A stretch of DNA of 63,884 nucleotides, the filler included, from Octopus bimaculoides (Eukaryota): the NCBI RefSeq assembly GCF_001194135.2. It is 5 parts of 5 records of this genome, joined end to end, with 100 filler letters (N's around TTAATTAATTAA, not from the genome) between each part and the next. Parts side by side here need not be neighbours in the genome. Positions count along the whole stretch, not along the records: positions 31,893 to 51,625 come from NC_068985.1; positions 51,726 to 60,083 come from NC_068982.1; 3 more parts are not named here. One strand, written 5' to 3'. The notes beneath the pieces are model-generated. The model saw nothing but the letters and a program-made list of their open reading frames with translations. It had not been told where the DNA came from and searched no databases. This document shows positions 38,721 through 52,680 of the stretch, piece after piece; the stretch's first letter is position 1, and every line of letters starts with the position of its first letter. The translations under genes and the position numbers were made by a program.

Positions 38721-40114
38721 TATATAATTAAATAAAAATAAATAAATGAATAAATACATAAATAAATAAACACTCCGATCCTCCCACCATTTATATCTGG
38801 CATTCCGAAGATACACACCTCTGTTTGTACCATCTTCACTTGCTAATAGGCCGAAATACAACCAATAGAATTAATATACTAGATCTTTGTATGTAAATGA
38901 ATAGGTTGTATGTAGTCCTTTTTTAAATTTCATATTATTGTTTTTATTTTATCCTTCTAGGTGGGGATGATAAACTATCAGGGAAAAGTTTCGGAGATGA
39001 AGAAATAGTGTCTCAAGTTCAATCCCTAAGTGGAGCTCTTTTACTTCCGCTGTAGAACTTTTGATCTTAGGATCAAAAATAAAGAAAGAAACAAACAAAC
39101 AAACAAAAACGGAAAAAAACTTTGCACCACATCTCCGAATGTAGTAGACTGTGTCACAAGTTCAATATCTTGTTTAATACTTTTAGTTTACTTGTTCTAA
39201 GTACTAGCAATTTTCATCCGTAAAAACGGATGACTTACTTTTGAGTCACCTGGTTCTCATCGAATTCCTCAACACTTTAGGAATACTTTCGTGTGTCATT
39301 CGAAGTGTCATTAGTTAAAGCCTTGTGTCAACCAAAACTTTGTGAGTGAAATTTGGATGGCGGAAACTGTGCAGAAACCCGCCAAAAGGATTGTCACAGT
39401 TTCTGTGTGGTAGATGGTCGTGTGACATTGGTAGAGTTGTTAGAATGTAGAACGAAATGCTTTGAGCATTTGTCCTGGCTTCACTTCGCTAAGAGTTTAA
39501 ATCTCGCCAAGGTCGTCTTTGCCTTTCATTCTTTCGAGATCAATAAAATATAGTAACTAGTCCACTATCGTGAACTGACAGAATTGTTACGGCTTGCTGT
39601 TTTTGTTCTGAATTATTCGATAGTAGACTTAATATCATCAGCTGGTCACTGGCTGACATTAGCCGAGTTCACACCGTTGCGAACGTTTGGAGAGGCTCTA
39701 CGTCTAAAGATAACCGTTCTTCATTCCTCCCACTTGTCACAGATGTCATGGAAAAGATCAAGAGCAATGCTCTTTCTTCCCTGACTGAAACATGAATATT
39801 GTTTTAAAGTAAAAACTTCAGATTAAATAATTTTCTTTCATCAACGCTGTTTATGCTACAGAAAAAGGTATAAACGTCACATAATCTTATTCTACTGTTT
39901 TGTAAACTTGTAGCCTCATAAAAAAAGAAACCAATTTTATTGTGCCGAGTATCCCGGAATCGAGTTTAACTGCCATCAAGCCTTGACTTGGTTGTAATTT
40001 CGATTCCGGATTGGAACCAAATCAATTTGCGAAATGAAAACAAAAATTACATCTTCCTACATTATATACTTAGAGTTTAGTTGAAATATTAAATCAAGAA
40101 ATACTGTTGCTGCT

Positions 40115-40145
<31 letters not shown>

Positions 40146-40685
40146 ATGTTAAGGATGATATTCGTCCTCCAAAATTTTAGGATCAAAATCCCATCAGGAT
40201 TCGACTTTGCTTTTCATCTACCAGGGCTCTGTAAAAACAAGCAGCAGTAATATAAGTCAGTTCCCTACAGATCTGTGATCATGGTCCAATGTTATAAAAC
40301 GGCAAATGAAATTTGCAAAATAAGACAAGTTCTACCACCATAACAAGAGGTACGATAAAATCAACTACGCGTCTAGTAAAAATTGACATTGTGCCAAATC
40401 TCAACAGATCATGTTACTTCTCTTTCGAAATGGTGTTTTGGGTACCAGACTAAATGTAGTGGAGGACTTAGTTTCATTCCTTCTACTTTCCGAGCTTAAA
40501 TCTCTTTCGGATTCATACAAAAAATATCAGTCATGTACTGGCTTTCAAAAATTGAGTGCTTTTGTCCCATTATGAAATGTCTATAGAGCAATTTGGACTC
40601 AGTGTTCTAAGTTTCGTAGGGGCAGCAATATAGAAACACTCGTTAATTATCCATTCCTCCTAATAATAATACAGCTGTGAACGGT

Positions 40686-40870
40686 GAGCTATGTTTATGA
40701 GTTGCTTTCATCAGCTGCACTTACTATGAGCTATATTTATTAGCTGTGCTTATGAGCTACGTTTATAAGCTGTGTTTATGAGCTTTGTTTACGAGTTATG
40801 TCCATGATATATGCTTAAGAAATAAGTTTATGAGCTGTGTTTAGGAACTGTGTTTCTGAGCTGTATTTAC
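40686..40870. repeat. Degenerate 13-bp minisatellite GAGCTRTGTTTAT
   Basis: About a dozen imperfect copies visible. Confidence 0.85.
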
Positions 40871-41568
40871 TGCTGGCATTTATTTATGAGAAGAAAAATT
40901 AGACCTCAATATAGTTCTGGTTAAAGGATACAAAACACTGACCCTTCTACAACTATTTTCAGGTTAGGTTTGATGTTACGCTCATATAGCACAAATCATG
41001 TGGCAGTTTAGACCTAAATTGCATTTACTTTAGTGAATTTGTTTGTCTTTTATATTCTCTTTCCTCCTCGCTGTCGTTAATCTTTTTTTTCTTTTTTTTC
41101 TTTCTTTTTACTAACTTTTGAGTTACGAAGTTTTATCTCTTCTAGTTTCAGATTCCCTGGCTGAATATTTTCGTCAGAAACATAAGTTTTATATAAAGAT
41201 ATCTGAAGGAACATAAGTATTGTTTAACGTTATTTGAAGATACTCAACAATATTTATTAGTAGAATGACCTTCCCAAATTACAGCAATATCTATTTCCTT
41301 GATTGGATATCTTCGTCAAAGACATTATTTTTATATAGCGATATTATGGCGTTCCCAGACACTGTAGACTGTTGGGATTGGTTGATTCGATGAAGTTGTC
41401 GTTATAGTCATTATTGTTGTTAAGCTAGTCCCGTTTGAAAAGACTTATCACGAGAAAACATGGCAATCTTGTCTTTTTTTACGCCTAGTGTACTCCAAAT
41501 ACGACATTAAGCAACATTCGCACCACACACACACGCAGTAATCTATGTAGGTTTGTGTATGTGTATAT

Positions 41569-41605
<37 letters not shown>

Positions 41606-41721
41606 TATAGTTAATTCCCCATAAAAAAACAAAAAAACAAACACAACAAGAAAAAAACAATAACGCGAGAACGTGGTACATGCAAAGTATTATCAGACGC
41701 TCAGGGAAGGGGAAAAATGTA

Positions 41722-41756
41722 GTTTTACGTTTCGAGCAAAGCTCTTCGTCAGAAAC
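41722..41756 (-). ncRNA. Minimal type-I hammerhead ribozyme, intact core
   Basis: GTTT-CTGACGA-A-GAGC(TTT)GCTC-GAAA-CGT-A-AAAC: CUGANGA and GAAA intact, GUA triplet, palindromic ACGU stem III. Confidence 0.75.
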
Positions 41757-41808
41757 AGGAGACGGAGGAAAAAAATCGGCAACGAGCCACATGTGGTTAC
41801 GTTTTGAA

Positions 41809-41904
<96 letters not shown>

Positions 41905-42622
41905 TGTTAGGAGGCTCTACTGGCAGTTGTTTATTGTAGGCAAAACTCACCCCAAAACTGTTTTGTCTGTTTCTCATTTATTTTCATATTTTAAATTTTA
42001 TGAACGTTGACACCATTTTTTGTTGAACAATCAAGAAATTCTCTGGTGTGGTTCTTTGTTTTAGTTTATTGCAAAGATATGTTGGATGTTAAGTTTTTCG
42101 CTTTGGTTTGCTATTAATATATCCTACATGACTAATCTTTATTTGGAGAGAGATATTTTATATGACATACTCGTGACAGTTATGCTGTGTCTTGTGTCAT
42201 AGAATGCTGTTTGATATAATGTAATGACTACTTCCATGAAGTTGCAAAACCTGACAGAAAGATTTAGTACTTTTTTTGTTCAATCTCAGAGCAATAAAAC
42301 TTAAAGCTCCGGTTTTGTTATTTTTATTTTTTTGAAAAATTCATGACCTAGGAGAGAGACAGCTGGAGAGTAATCTTTTTTTCCAGGATCTCTTCACTTA
42401 ATAGAGAGAATGAAAAACGATATGGCTATCACCAAACTGAGGGCTTGACCGGAGTACTTGCAATAAAATATAATCTATTAAAAATACCCAAAGGACAGGT
42501 GATGGTTTAAACTAGGTAACATGTGTTATTTGCTCAATACTCACTTTTGGTGGATGCATGGAAAGTTTATTATATGTGTATATAAATATGTATATCGCGC
42601 TAGCTACTATCCACCTGCCTGC

Positions 42623-42678
<56 letters not shown>

Positions 42679-43190
42679 TCTAACAAAACTTTCCGATGAA
42701 CGGGAACGTGAAACTCCGAGTAACAGTTTTTTGTTATATTTCTGTTGCTTTTAAATAAAGCATATTATTCTACCTCTGGTATATGAGTACTCTTTTTTCC
42801 ACCTTGTTGCACATTTATGTGCTTACTCCGGTATATATATATGTATGTATATCAAAATCTGTCTTATATTTAAAAAAGCAAGGTGGGTTAATTATATTCT
42901 CTGTGAATAGAGCTTAGTCCCATTGACAGAACCATGGAATCCTATCACTCTTCTGTAGAAATCAGGTTCGTCATCAATTTCAACTGTCGTATTTGTGATA
43001 ATTATCACTAAACTTAATGATTAAGCAACGACCGTAATGTATTAATCTACTTTCACTTTGATAATATTCTAATTTGTAAATGGACTTTTGTAAATGTCAG
43101 TATAGATGTGGGACAATATTTTGATTTGAAGTTGAAGCTCTTTCTCATCACACCCTGAAGCTGTTTGTCTGTCTACCTCAATCTATCAGT

Positions 43191-43228
<38 letters not shown>

Positions 43229-44814
43229 AATATTGGCCGTCTTTTTTTTTTATCTCTTAGTGTTTAACAACGATTTGTTGTTTTCTGTAGCACTAATTAA
43301 GTTTTTCTACATAGAAATCTCAAGAGCAACTGCAAACTCGCGTTGTTGGTTGTAGGTCTTCAACAGTCCATTTACTGGTTCACTGCAGATCCTCCTATGT
43401 CCTACAATGAAAGTGCAATTCAGTGCAGAACAAATGTCTCAAGAAGCTTCATTAGAAAAGGTTTGGCTCTTCGCATTTCTCACGTCTGTTTACATTTGTC
43501 CCCGTTGTTCAACGGCAAAAGGCACACACAGACGCGCACACAGACACATCCACACATTCACACTTGTACACATGCATACACCCCCACACACGAACCAGGT
43601 TCCTAATAATACAGCCAAGCAAGCGTATGGCGACTTGTTTGTCGTTAATCTTCTATCAGATGCCTAACGGAAACGAAATTGGTAACTGCAATGCAAAAAG
43701 AGACAAGGGATTCCAAGCAAGAACTTTCCTTTGACCTCTTTATTGCTGTTTTCAAAGACGCTCATGTCTCCAAAGGACTGTACAAATGTTGATAAAATAA
43801 ACACCAGCTATGTATTGGGATCAATTCAATTAGCTAGGCCTGTGTCCTATTAAATCATAATTTGTTTCCTACTTTCTTAAGTCAAAACTTTCTTTAATAA
43901 AGAAGCAGCCGAATGAAAATGGTTTTGACGAAATTGATTAAAAGTAGGCGAATAGAGAGCTTAATTATTTTTCTTTTGCCTATATTTTATGGCATGAAAA
44001 TTAAGTTGCCGTGCTCATTCTTTCTCCAAGAGCATTAATGACATAAATGAAGGAAACTTGTATCAATTGAGATCGAAACTAGTTCAAGTTCTCGATCGAT
44101 AAGAAGCATACATCTTACTTCATAGTGACCGTCACAATATTTAAACAAAATTAAACAAAATTACCACTTTTTAACATGTGGGTAAAGTGCAGCTAGCCGT
44201 CACTCGCGAGCGAGTGTGGCTTGATAAAAATGTACTATGCTTTCGCTAATTGTTTTAGGTATATGTACAGTTGCGAGCAAACGTAGACCTTTCTTAGCCT
44301 GTCACCCTTGATCGAGTGGAACATCCACAATGTTATAGCGACAGGCAGAGAAGGATTCACCAGCACTAGGCTGGTACTCTTTACAGTTGAGTAGACTGGA
44401 GTAACATGAACTGTAGTACTTTTCTTCATATGGACAGAACGCGTCAGTCTGTGAAGGGGTTGATTAGAGAATCTTATGATCATGAGCCAAACATCCTAAT
44501 CACTAGCACACGCACCTTCACTAGAGCAGGTGTCGACAGATTCGAGTCAGTATATGATTGCTTTTTAGTATATTTAGTTTAGGCAAGAGGTATACATAAG
44601 AAAATAAATATATACTATGCTATTACTGTTTCTGCCATTTCAACACATGTGGTGCAAGATTTATAGGCATTTGTTTAAGAAGTTTGCTTCACCATCATGT
44701 AGGTTCAGATTCAATACCACTGTACCTTGGGCAAGTGTGTCTTACAATAGTTTCTTGTTGGTACTGCATAGTGAATGAAACTGAGTAGACGGAAACTGCG
44801 AAGAAGCTTACTAG

Positions 44815-44930
44815 ACTGGTACTTTATTTCATCGATCCCGGAGTGATGAAAGGTAAAGTTGACGACGGCAGAATTCGAACTCAGAACGTAAAAGAAACAG
44901 AAGATTGTTTTCGGAAGCTTCTGCCAATCC
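44815..44930 (-). mobile_element. Family-B SINE
   Basis: GATGAAAGGTAAAGTTGAC..GAATTCGAACTCAGAACGTA. Confidence 0.7.
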
Positions 44931-46022
44931 ACCGTCTATTGCCACAATACAAAACACAACGTCATAGAAAAACAATATTTAAAACAAAACACAGCATTCG
45001 AAAACCATTGCATATCTAAATCGGCTGTATGGCATCATGCTGTTGTCACGGATTAACTGTTAATGAATTCGAAACAGAAGGCACTTTTCTTTTCTTTCCT
45101 TTTTCTTTTTCTTTTTTTTCTTTTTGTAAATTCTTTCCCTATCACTGACCCTTTTCATAAGTGAGTATCATACTTAAAGAGAATATGGTGCTCGGTTCAC
45201 AGCTGTTATGCCGGATTGCAGACCAGTCGTCTACGACATAGCAAGCTTATGTCGACTTTTCCCGCCGATACTCAAACTTCTCGAGACTAGCTGACTCCGT
45301 AGATACCACTACAGGTCAGTGATAGAGAAAGAGAGGAGAAAGAGAGGGAGGGAGAAAGAGAGAATTTCAAGTTTAGTGGTGAGAAGATTCCAGATTTTCA
45401 AACAACAGTTTGCTCTTTGTGGGTATATAGGTTGTAATGAAGCTAGTGTTTGTACTTGATTAATCTGTGTACGTGTACTTGTGAGTGCGTATGTGTGTGT
45501 GCGTGTGTTGGCGTGTATGTATGCGTGCGCGCGCGTGCGTTTGTGTGTGTATGTATGGGTTTATGTACGAATTCGTGTGCGGGCATTCGTGCATATACAA
45601 AGTGAATCTAAGCAAACAGGCGAATATGTGTCTGTGTGTGTACAGATACGTATATACCTATGTTTATATACATGCTTATATTTACATATACAGATACATA
45701 TATGTGTGTGTGCGCGTGTGTATGTATGTATGTATGTATGTATGTATGCATGTATGTATATCCTTACATTATATACATGATACAAGGTAATGCATTCATT
45801 GTTGTATTACATACACGAGTGTATGTTATATACGTGTATTTATGAGCGGATGCACATATGTATGTATGCATGTACACACACGCACAAACACACACATACA
45901 CACACACACACACATACACACACACACACACACACATGCTGCCTAATGGATTGGTTCATTAGCCTGGTGCAAGGTACTTTTACTTGCAGAAAATGTAACA
46001 AATACACACCCAGACATACACC

Positions 46023-46057
<35 letters not shown>

Positions 46058-46489
46058 CAATGCACGGCATAGAAAACGCACACGCAAATCGACATACACA
46101 CAACATCTAATCAACCTACAGTTCACTCGATAAAGTTATTCAGAGTTCAGGTATTATCTTACTGCACTTACACAGGGAGCGAATAAATAAATAATTAAAT
46201 ATAATATCAACAATACCATCTTAGAATAACTTAACACGCATTCTTAACCAGGCACGAAAACACTAGAAGAGTTTCTGCTCTGGTTTTAGACATACCTCCA
46301 CCAACGCCGTCACATACATACATACATACATACATACATACATGCATGCATGCATGCATACATACATACATACATACATGCATACATACATACATACATA
46401 CATACATACATACACACACATACACACTTATGTCTGTATCACGTATTTATTTAGGATTATGTGGATGCGTACAATATATACATACATAC

Positions 46490-46520
<31 letters not shown>

Positions 46521-47002
46521 TGTATGTGCCCACGTATAACTTTGTTGCAACCAGCATTAACAGGCTTCGGGGTGCAAGACAAAGGAGAAAAGCAGCTGCA
46601 AATATACTACCTGCACTGACCTGTAGTCCGCATACTTGCAACATCAGTGGCCTTTGAAAATCGTTGGCAGGACGTAAATGTCACATTCGTCATAAGCGTT
46701 ATGACTGACGAAAAAAAGCGAAACTGACGGAAGAGTCCAACATATATATACAAGTTTTTAATCTAAGAGAAACATTATGTAAGAGATGAACCATTTTTAT
46801 CTGAAAAAATGAATTTTCGGGTGAAAACTTCAAAATTTCATGGTCGATGAAGGTCGCCTTGCAGTTGTTCGATTGAGCTAAAATTTTGCATAGATTGGTT
46901 TTTTGTTAATTGGAACAAGATATGGTGTGTGTGTGTGGAGGGGGGAGAGCTAAACTTTTAGAAAGTTGAAAAATAAGGGCCACTCTAATATACATACATA
47001 CA

Positions 47003-47039
<37 letters not shown>

Positions 47040-48090
47040 ACTGTGTATCATGCTTTATTACAGATCAAATTTTGGATATTTTGAATATTACATATTGTCA
47101 AGACATTAAAATATTTGGCCAGTCCAGTTGTGGTGGTTTTGTAAAAGATTTTAAATTGGATCAAGTTTCAACCTTCTTGGGCTCTGGGAAGGTAAAGAAA
47201 GACGATCTGCGTTTGCTTTTGGGTGGTGCATCTTATTGCAAGACAGCAGCTTGCGGATTTTCCTGTCAATCTTCCCTATTTCGCATATTGAAACTATAAA
47301 TAACAACTGGAACTGCTAAGGAATTTATGGCTAACACCTTGTTACGTGCATCTAACTCGGATCTAACTCCTGTAACATTCCTTCCTGATCTTCTTTTCCA
47401 TACTGAATGCCAGAGCTCTAATTTATTCCGAGGTATTTGTAAGTTTGTTCCTACTCAAGTTCATTTATAACTGAGTCAACATTTAACTGAATGTGAGATC
47501 TTCAATTTCCCTCTCTGGAAAGTGGCTATGGCACATTTATCAAGACCAAATTCTTTCCTGGTGTCATCACTGAAGGCTTTTTCAGTACGTAATAGACCTT
47601 CAAGCTCATTATCGTCTTTGCCATAGAGTTTTAAGTCATCCATGTAAAATAGATGACTTGCTTTCTTGTCGACAATTTTATACCCATATCCTGTTTTGTT
47701 AGATTCACTTGTAAGGGGTATTAAAACTATGAAAAAGGTGATAGTGAGACATCTTGGAAAATTCCACAGTTGATATTAATATTGTTTGTAGTCAGTACTC
47801 CATTAGAATGGTATAATTGGAGATTCGCATTCCACACTGACATGTGCTTCAGGAGGTTCGTTACCTTGTCGTGTCTGCGCTTGTATTCTTTCTACGCAAG
47901 ACTTTTATAAGCACTAACAATGTGAGTCACGCTTTCGACTCACGCATTCTGCAGAGGTTCGTTGCACTTGTATGGTATATATTATTTTTCACCCTCGTAT
48001 ATATACGAGTACTTTCCATCCATTTTCGATCAAATCTCTTGCGAATTAACTTGGAATCCTTTGACGACACTGCAACCTTAATTTATCTAA
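47040..48090 (-). mobile_element. Dong/R4-like LINE fragments (RT core; zinc-knuckle piece)
   Basis: SHLFYMDDLKLYGKDDNELEGLL..FGLDKCA near 47520-47660; CRMCES..HIVSA..KEYKRRHDKV near 47860-47950. Confidence 0.85.
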
Positions 48091-50776
48091 GGTATCTTCG
48101 GCCTGACGAGTATAGCTAGTGGAGTACCACTCGTTGAGTAATTACAACTTCCGAGGTTCTGCTAGCTGGGAAATATGCGTAGCCTGGATTTTACCTGCAC
48201 TATCCATAAATTTGGATTTTTATTCGCATGCATAGCAACCCCAGTTGCTAACCGTGAATTATAAAATAACTTTTTTCTGCTTATCGAAATGGGAAAAATT
48301 TACAACCCTCTTCATCAATAAATCACTATTGTTCCTAAAAGTTGTTTTTCATACCTGCTACTGACTGCTCGAAGCTTACAAACTTCCTACACCCGGATTT
48401 TTGGATCTTACCTTTACATATTATATATACACAATAATAAAGACGTGTTTAATGGAACTACACATGATATATACACACAAACATAACGTCAGCATTTCGA
48501 TCTACTTTCATGGGTACGTGCCTATTCGCACACAGCCAAAGTTCTTCATTGACTGTTCTGAAATATATCTTGATGCAGATCTACACACGTACGGTTCGCA
48601 CGCACACACACACGCACATGCACACAGACTCACACAGACACACACACATACAGACACACACACACACACGTACACACTTATGCACACACATTGACGCATA
48701 AAGAACATCATCATTACATAGAAACTCAGAAAGACAGATTCATTCATACACATGTACATATCCATTTAACCCTTGATTTAACAGATTTCGGATACAATAG
48801 TACAATGGACAGATATACCAGAGATCTAAAGAAATCTAAAAAGTGAGAAAGAGAGAGGGCGAGGGGGAAGAAGAGAGGGAGGGAGGGAGAGAGAGGAGAG
48901 AAAGATGCAGGGAGCATTGTATCGAACTGTTTAGCAATAGTGTAGGAGATTCGCTTCTGGTCTTAGTCTGTTTCAAACTATCATGCAGTTAAGATATATG
49001 CAGAATGTTTTTGCGATATGTAAATTATTACTAAAATTTTAAAATTCTTACAATTTAAATATAACATCAAAGTGATAGGTAAGTAAAAGAAAAACATATG
49101 AATTTAAATGTGGCGCATAAATTAGAGCTATTTGATAAATAAGAACATTGACTCAGTAGTAGTAGCACGCGTTTGTGAAATCTATGGTGTTAAAAGCAAA
49201 TTGTTTCTAACATACGCAAATAAAGTTTAAATTTTAACAGTTTTTGAAACAGTGCTCATAGCATTAAATATGAACCTGCAGTGTGTAGTTAAAAACTCAT
49301 GAAAAATCGATATATAAGTTCAAGAGAGAAATCTGTGTGAAATTATTGGAAAACATTCGGGACATTGTAAATAAAAATCCCCGTGATAAATGAGAGCAGA
49401 AACTTCAAAAGCCAAGACATTTAAAAAAAGTAAATGAATTTAGATCTGCGGGCCTCATTTTATCACAGGCTGTTTTAGGTGCTGCTTCTGAAAATACCTT
49501 AGCCTACAAACATGGTCATAGCATTCCTGATTTTAAGTTAAACTAAAGTGAAATGTTTGTAGCTTGCATCGTCTGAAGTCAATGGTGGTAAGGATATGAA
49601 ATAAACCACGTACTCTTAAAAGACGTTATGCCACAGTTCCCTGTGATATACATCAGTTTAAAGAATGCATAGTTTACTTTGAAGAATGTTTTTGTTGATT
49701 AGTTCTTCGTCTAGTTCGTCTCCGATGTGATGCACTTTCATACAGATGTTCCAATGATCTTCCCTTCATATTGTAAAGGCATTACTGCTTCTTGAGAAAG
49801 CCCTATCTCACTTTAATGGTGATGAAGTTGTAAACAGAAACGGCAGAGTTAAGTGCATTTGTTGCGTCTCACACTTTCGAGAGTTTGATTTAAAAGTTCA
49901 CTTAGATTTAATCGAAAGATTTAGAAGTTCACTTTGCAACCACGAGTTCTCGGAACCGACCCACTGCATAGTATCTTAGCGAAATGTCGTTACCTATAGC
50001 CTCTAGTCGGCCAATAGTCGGCTTATGAATGAAATCCGGTTGACAGAGACTGTATAGGTGCTGGTCAGGTGGATTGTATCAGTAATTCAGAAGTACAGAT
50101 TTGTTACGCACTGTGTGTGTCATGCTGTTTTTAATATGTTTAACGAATAAGTAGCAGAAATTTTTGGCGAAACGTGTATTTTCATTTAGAATAAATGCAG
50201 CACTGAACTAAATGATTAGCTAGTGTCTATTTATGCGTATCTGAGAATTGATATTTATATAACTAATTTTATCTTTAAACCCGTTTTATATTAATCGCTT
50301 CATTGTAATAAGACACGTCTTTGTTGAATGAAGATACTGGAATACCGTATACTAACATGTTTCACTAAATTTTAATTTTAGTGTTTTGGGGGATCTATCT
50401 ATAGAATCGAAACCACAATTATGTATTTCAATTTTTTATTTGGTTTCTTATATTCTTTCTTTTATTCTTTTACTTGTTTCAGTTATTGGGCTGCAGCCAT
50501 GGTGGGGCTCCGTCTAGGATGTTTTATATGACTAAATTGTATCACCTCATCCATATTTATAACGCTGAGATTACCTCTATGTTATAACTCAAATTTTTGC
50601 ATGCACTGCTGATCACGTAACTGGTTTACAAAATATGAAACATTGTATCTATAACACAGAATATTCATACGGAGTTAAACATTGGAAAATGTGACAGTCA
50701 AAAATATTGAAAAGTAATTTCTAAAAATGTACAAAGGAAAATAGAACGATCACTCATTCTCCTTCTTTCGCTCACT

Positions 50777-50818
<42 letters not shown>

Positions 50819-50978
50819 ACATACGCACATACACGTGTGTGTGTGTGTGTGTGTGTGTGTTCGTGCGCGCGCGTTTTAGCAGAGAGAGGAAAAACATCTA
50901 ATTACTTTAATATTTATTCAAAGTTATAATCTGCTAACATGGACATAATTATGTTACACCCATAGCTAAAACAACATT

Positions 50979-51046
<68 letters not shown>

Positions 51047-51446
51047 AGTAGGTGTGTATGTGGTGTGTGGTCGTGTCTGTATGAGTTTGCTTATTCAGGG
51101 ACCTTCCTTTAAGTATCTATATATCTCCCTTCTCTCTCGCTTTTATACATATATGCATGCACGCACGCATACATACATACATACATACATACATATGTAC
51201 GTATATATATGCATGTATGTATGTATGTATAGATTACAGTTACAAATAAGAAAAGTGCTCAATACACTCGTAGAGTGTAAATATTTATTCTAGTGCTGAG
51301 ACAGCGATTCGTTACCCGCTACTTCAAAGAAATATATACGTATAAATGTATCACATTCATTATACTAGTATACGATGAGTAAGATTGTAATCGCAGCACT
51401 ATATTAAATACTTACATTCTATATCTATTTGGAGTGCATTCCCATG

Positions 51447-51605
51447 CAGGCGTGGCTGTGTGGTTAGAAGTTTACTTCCCAGCCACATGGTTCCGGGTTC
51501 AGTTCCACAGTGTGGCACCTTTGGCGAGTGTCTTCTACTGTAGCCTCAGGCCGACCTTAGCCTTGTGAGTGAATTTCGTAGGCGGAAACTGAAAGAAGCC
51601 CTTTG
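51447..51605 (+). mobile_element. Family-C SINE head
   Basis: GCAGGCGTGGCTGTGTGGTTAGAAG..GGGTTCAGTTCC. Confidence 0.8.
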
Positions 51606-51725
51606 TATATACATATATACATATANNNNNNNNNNNNNNNNNNNNNNNNNNNNNNNNNNNNNNNNNNNNTTAATTAATTAANNNNNNNNNNNNNNNNNNN
51701 NNNNNNNNNNNNNNNNNNNNNNNNN

Positions 51726-51786
<61 letters not shown>

Positions 51787-52329
51787 GATGCAGTATCAGG
51801 CAGTGGCTCTCATGGCTTTTGATCTTAACTGATTGGAAGTGTTAGCATGTACATTGTTTTGTCTTGGTATAAAAGATGGGTTACAGCAAATATTCTGCTC
51901 AATACTACAGATTTGTTTGTCAGTTGTTTGACCTTAACCAGTTGAGCATGTCCCTTGGCGGCTGACGATTTGTACATCTCTGATCACGAGCTGTAGTGGG
52001 GAGCATCATAGCCATGTGCTGAGAGGAATTCTTTGGCATTTGAATAATACACCCCTGGAAAAATTGGTGCTTCGTTCAACATCCTTAAACAACCCTTATT
52101 CAGGGATGGGCTACTTGACCTGAAGAAAATTCTAACATGGCCCCATCTGCAAGGTCATACACCGTTTATCTTGATATGAGATCACAATATCGTGCTCATA
52201 TGGTTGTAATGCATGTCTGATGTACACTTATCAGATGGGTAGTGATGATGGGTATACTGGGCTTTGTATAACCCCAGTGTCACTTTGATGTCATACACTG
52301 CTCTCTCACTGAATAATGATAATAAACGC

Positions 52330-52680
52330 GGGAATGCAAGAAAAAAAAAGCAATAACAATTATCAACAAAATTTAAACAATAAAATTCTTCCAGAAGGAG
52401 AGTTACACCCAGGGCCAACCAAAGAACCCCACACATACCAAGGAACCCTACACAAGGAATCCCGATTGTCAAAGATACAGGCCTACGTTCGGAGCAAGGT
52501 CATTTACACGGGCCATCCTCGTTACAATCACCCACGTTTCGACAAAAATACTGATGGTCAGCACTTTCCTCTCCACTTTCACTTTCCTTTTCAAGTGGAA
52601 CTTGAAAAAGCGATGAAGGTTTGGCCGAAGAGGAAAGGGTCTGTCTTCAGTCCTTTCAACCACGTCCGAATAAGGTACAT
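52330..52680 (-). mobile_element. Tx1/L1 3' end
   Basis: FFKFHLKRKVKVERKVL..WV..RMARVND then a UTR resembling 17820-17870. Confidence 0.65.

Noticed and set aside
39574-39795. Open frame with SELF...SRV...FLP...LTET spacing reminiscent of SLC22 TM10-12
   Set aside because: The would-be TM11/12 are full of charged residues, the FPT/R and GK motifs are missing, and there is no phase-1 acceptor. Probably chance.
45136-45329. Resemblance of the inverted-repeat arms to tetO half-sites
   Set aside because: The halves are about 165 nt apart and there is no other vector sequence; treated as coincidence.
45308-46627. Perfect 14-bp inverted match (45308-45321 and 46614-46627)
   Set aside because: Expected by chance at this length in a 64-kb window.
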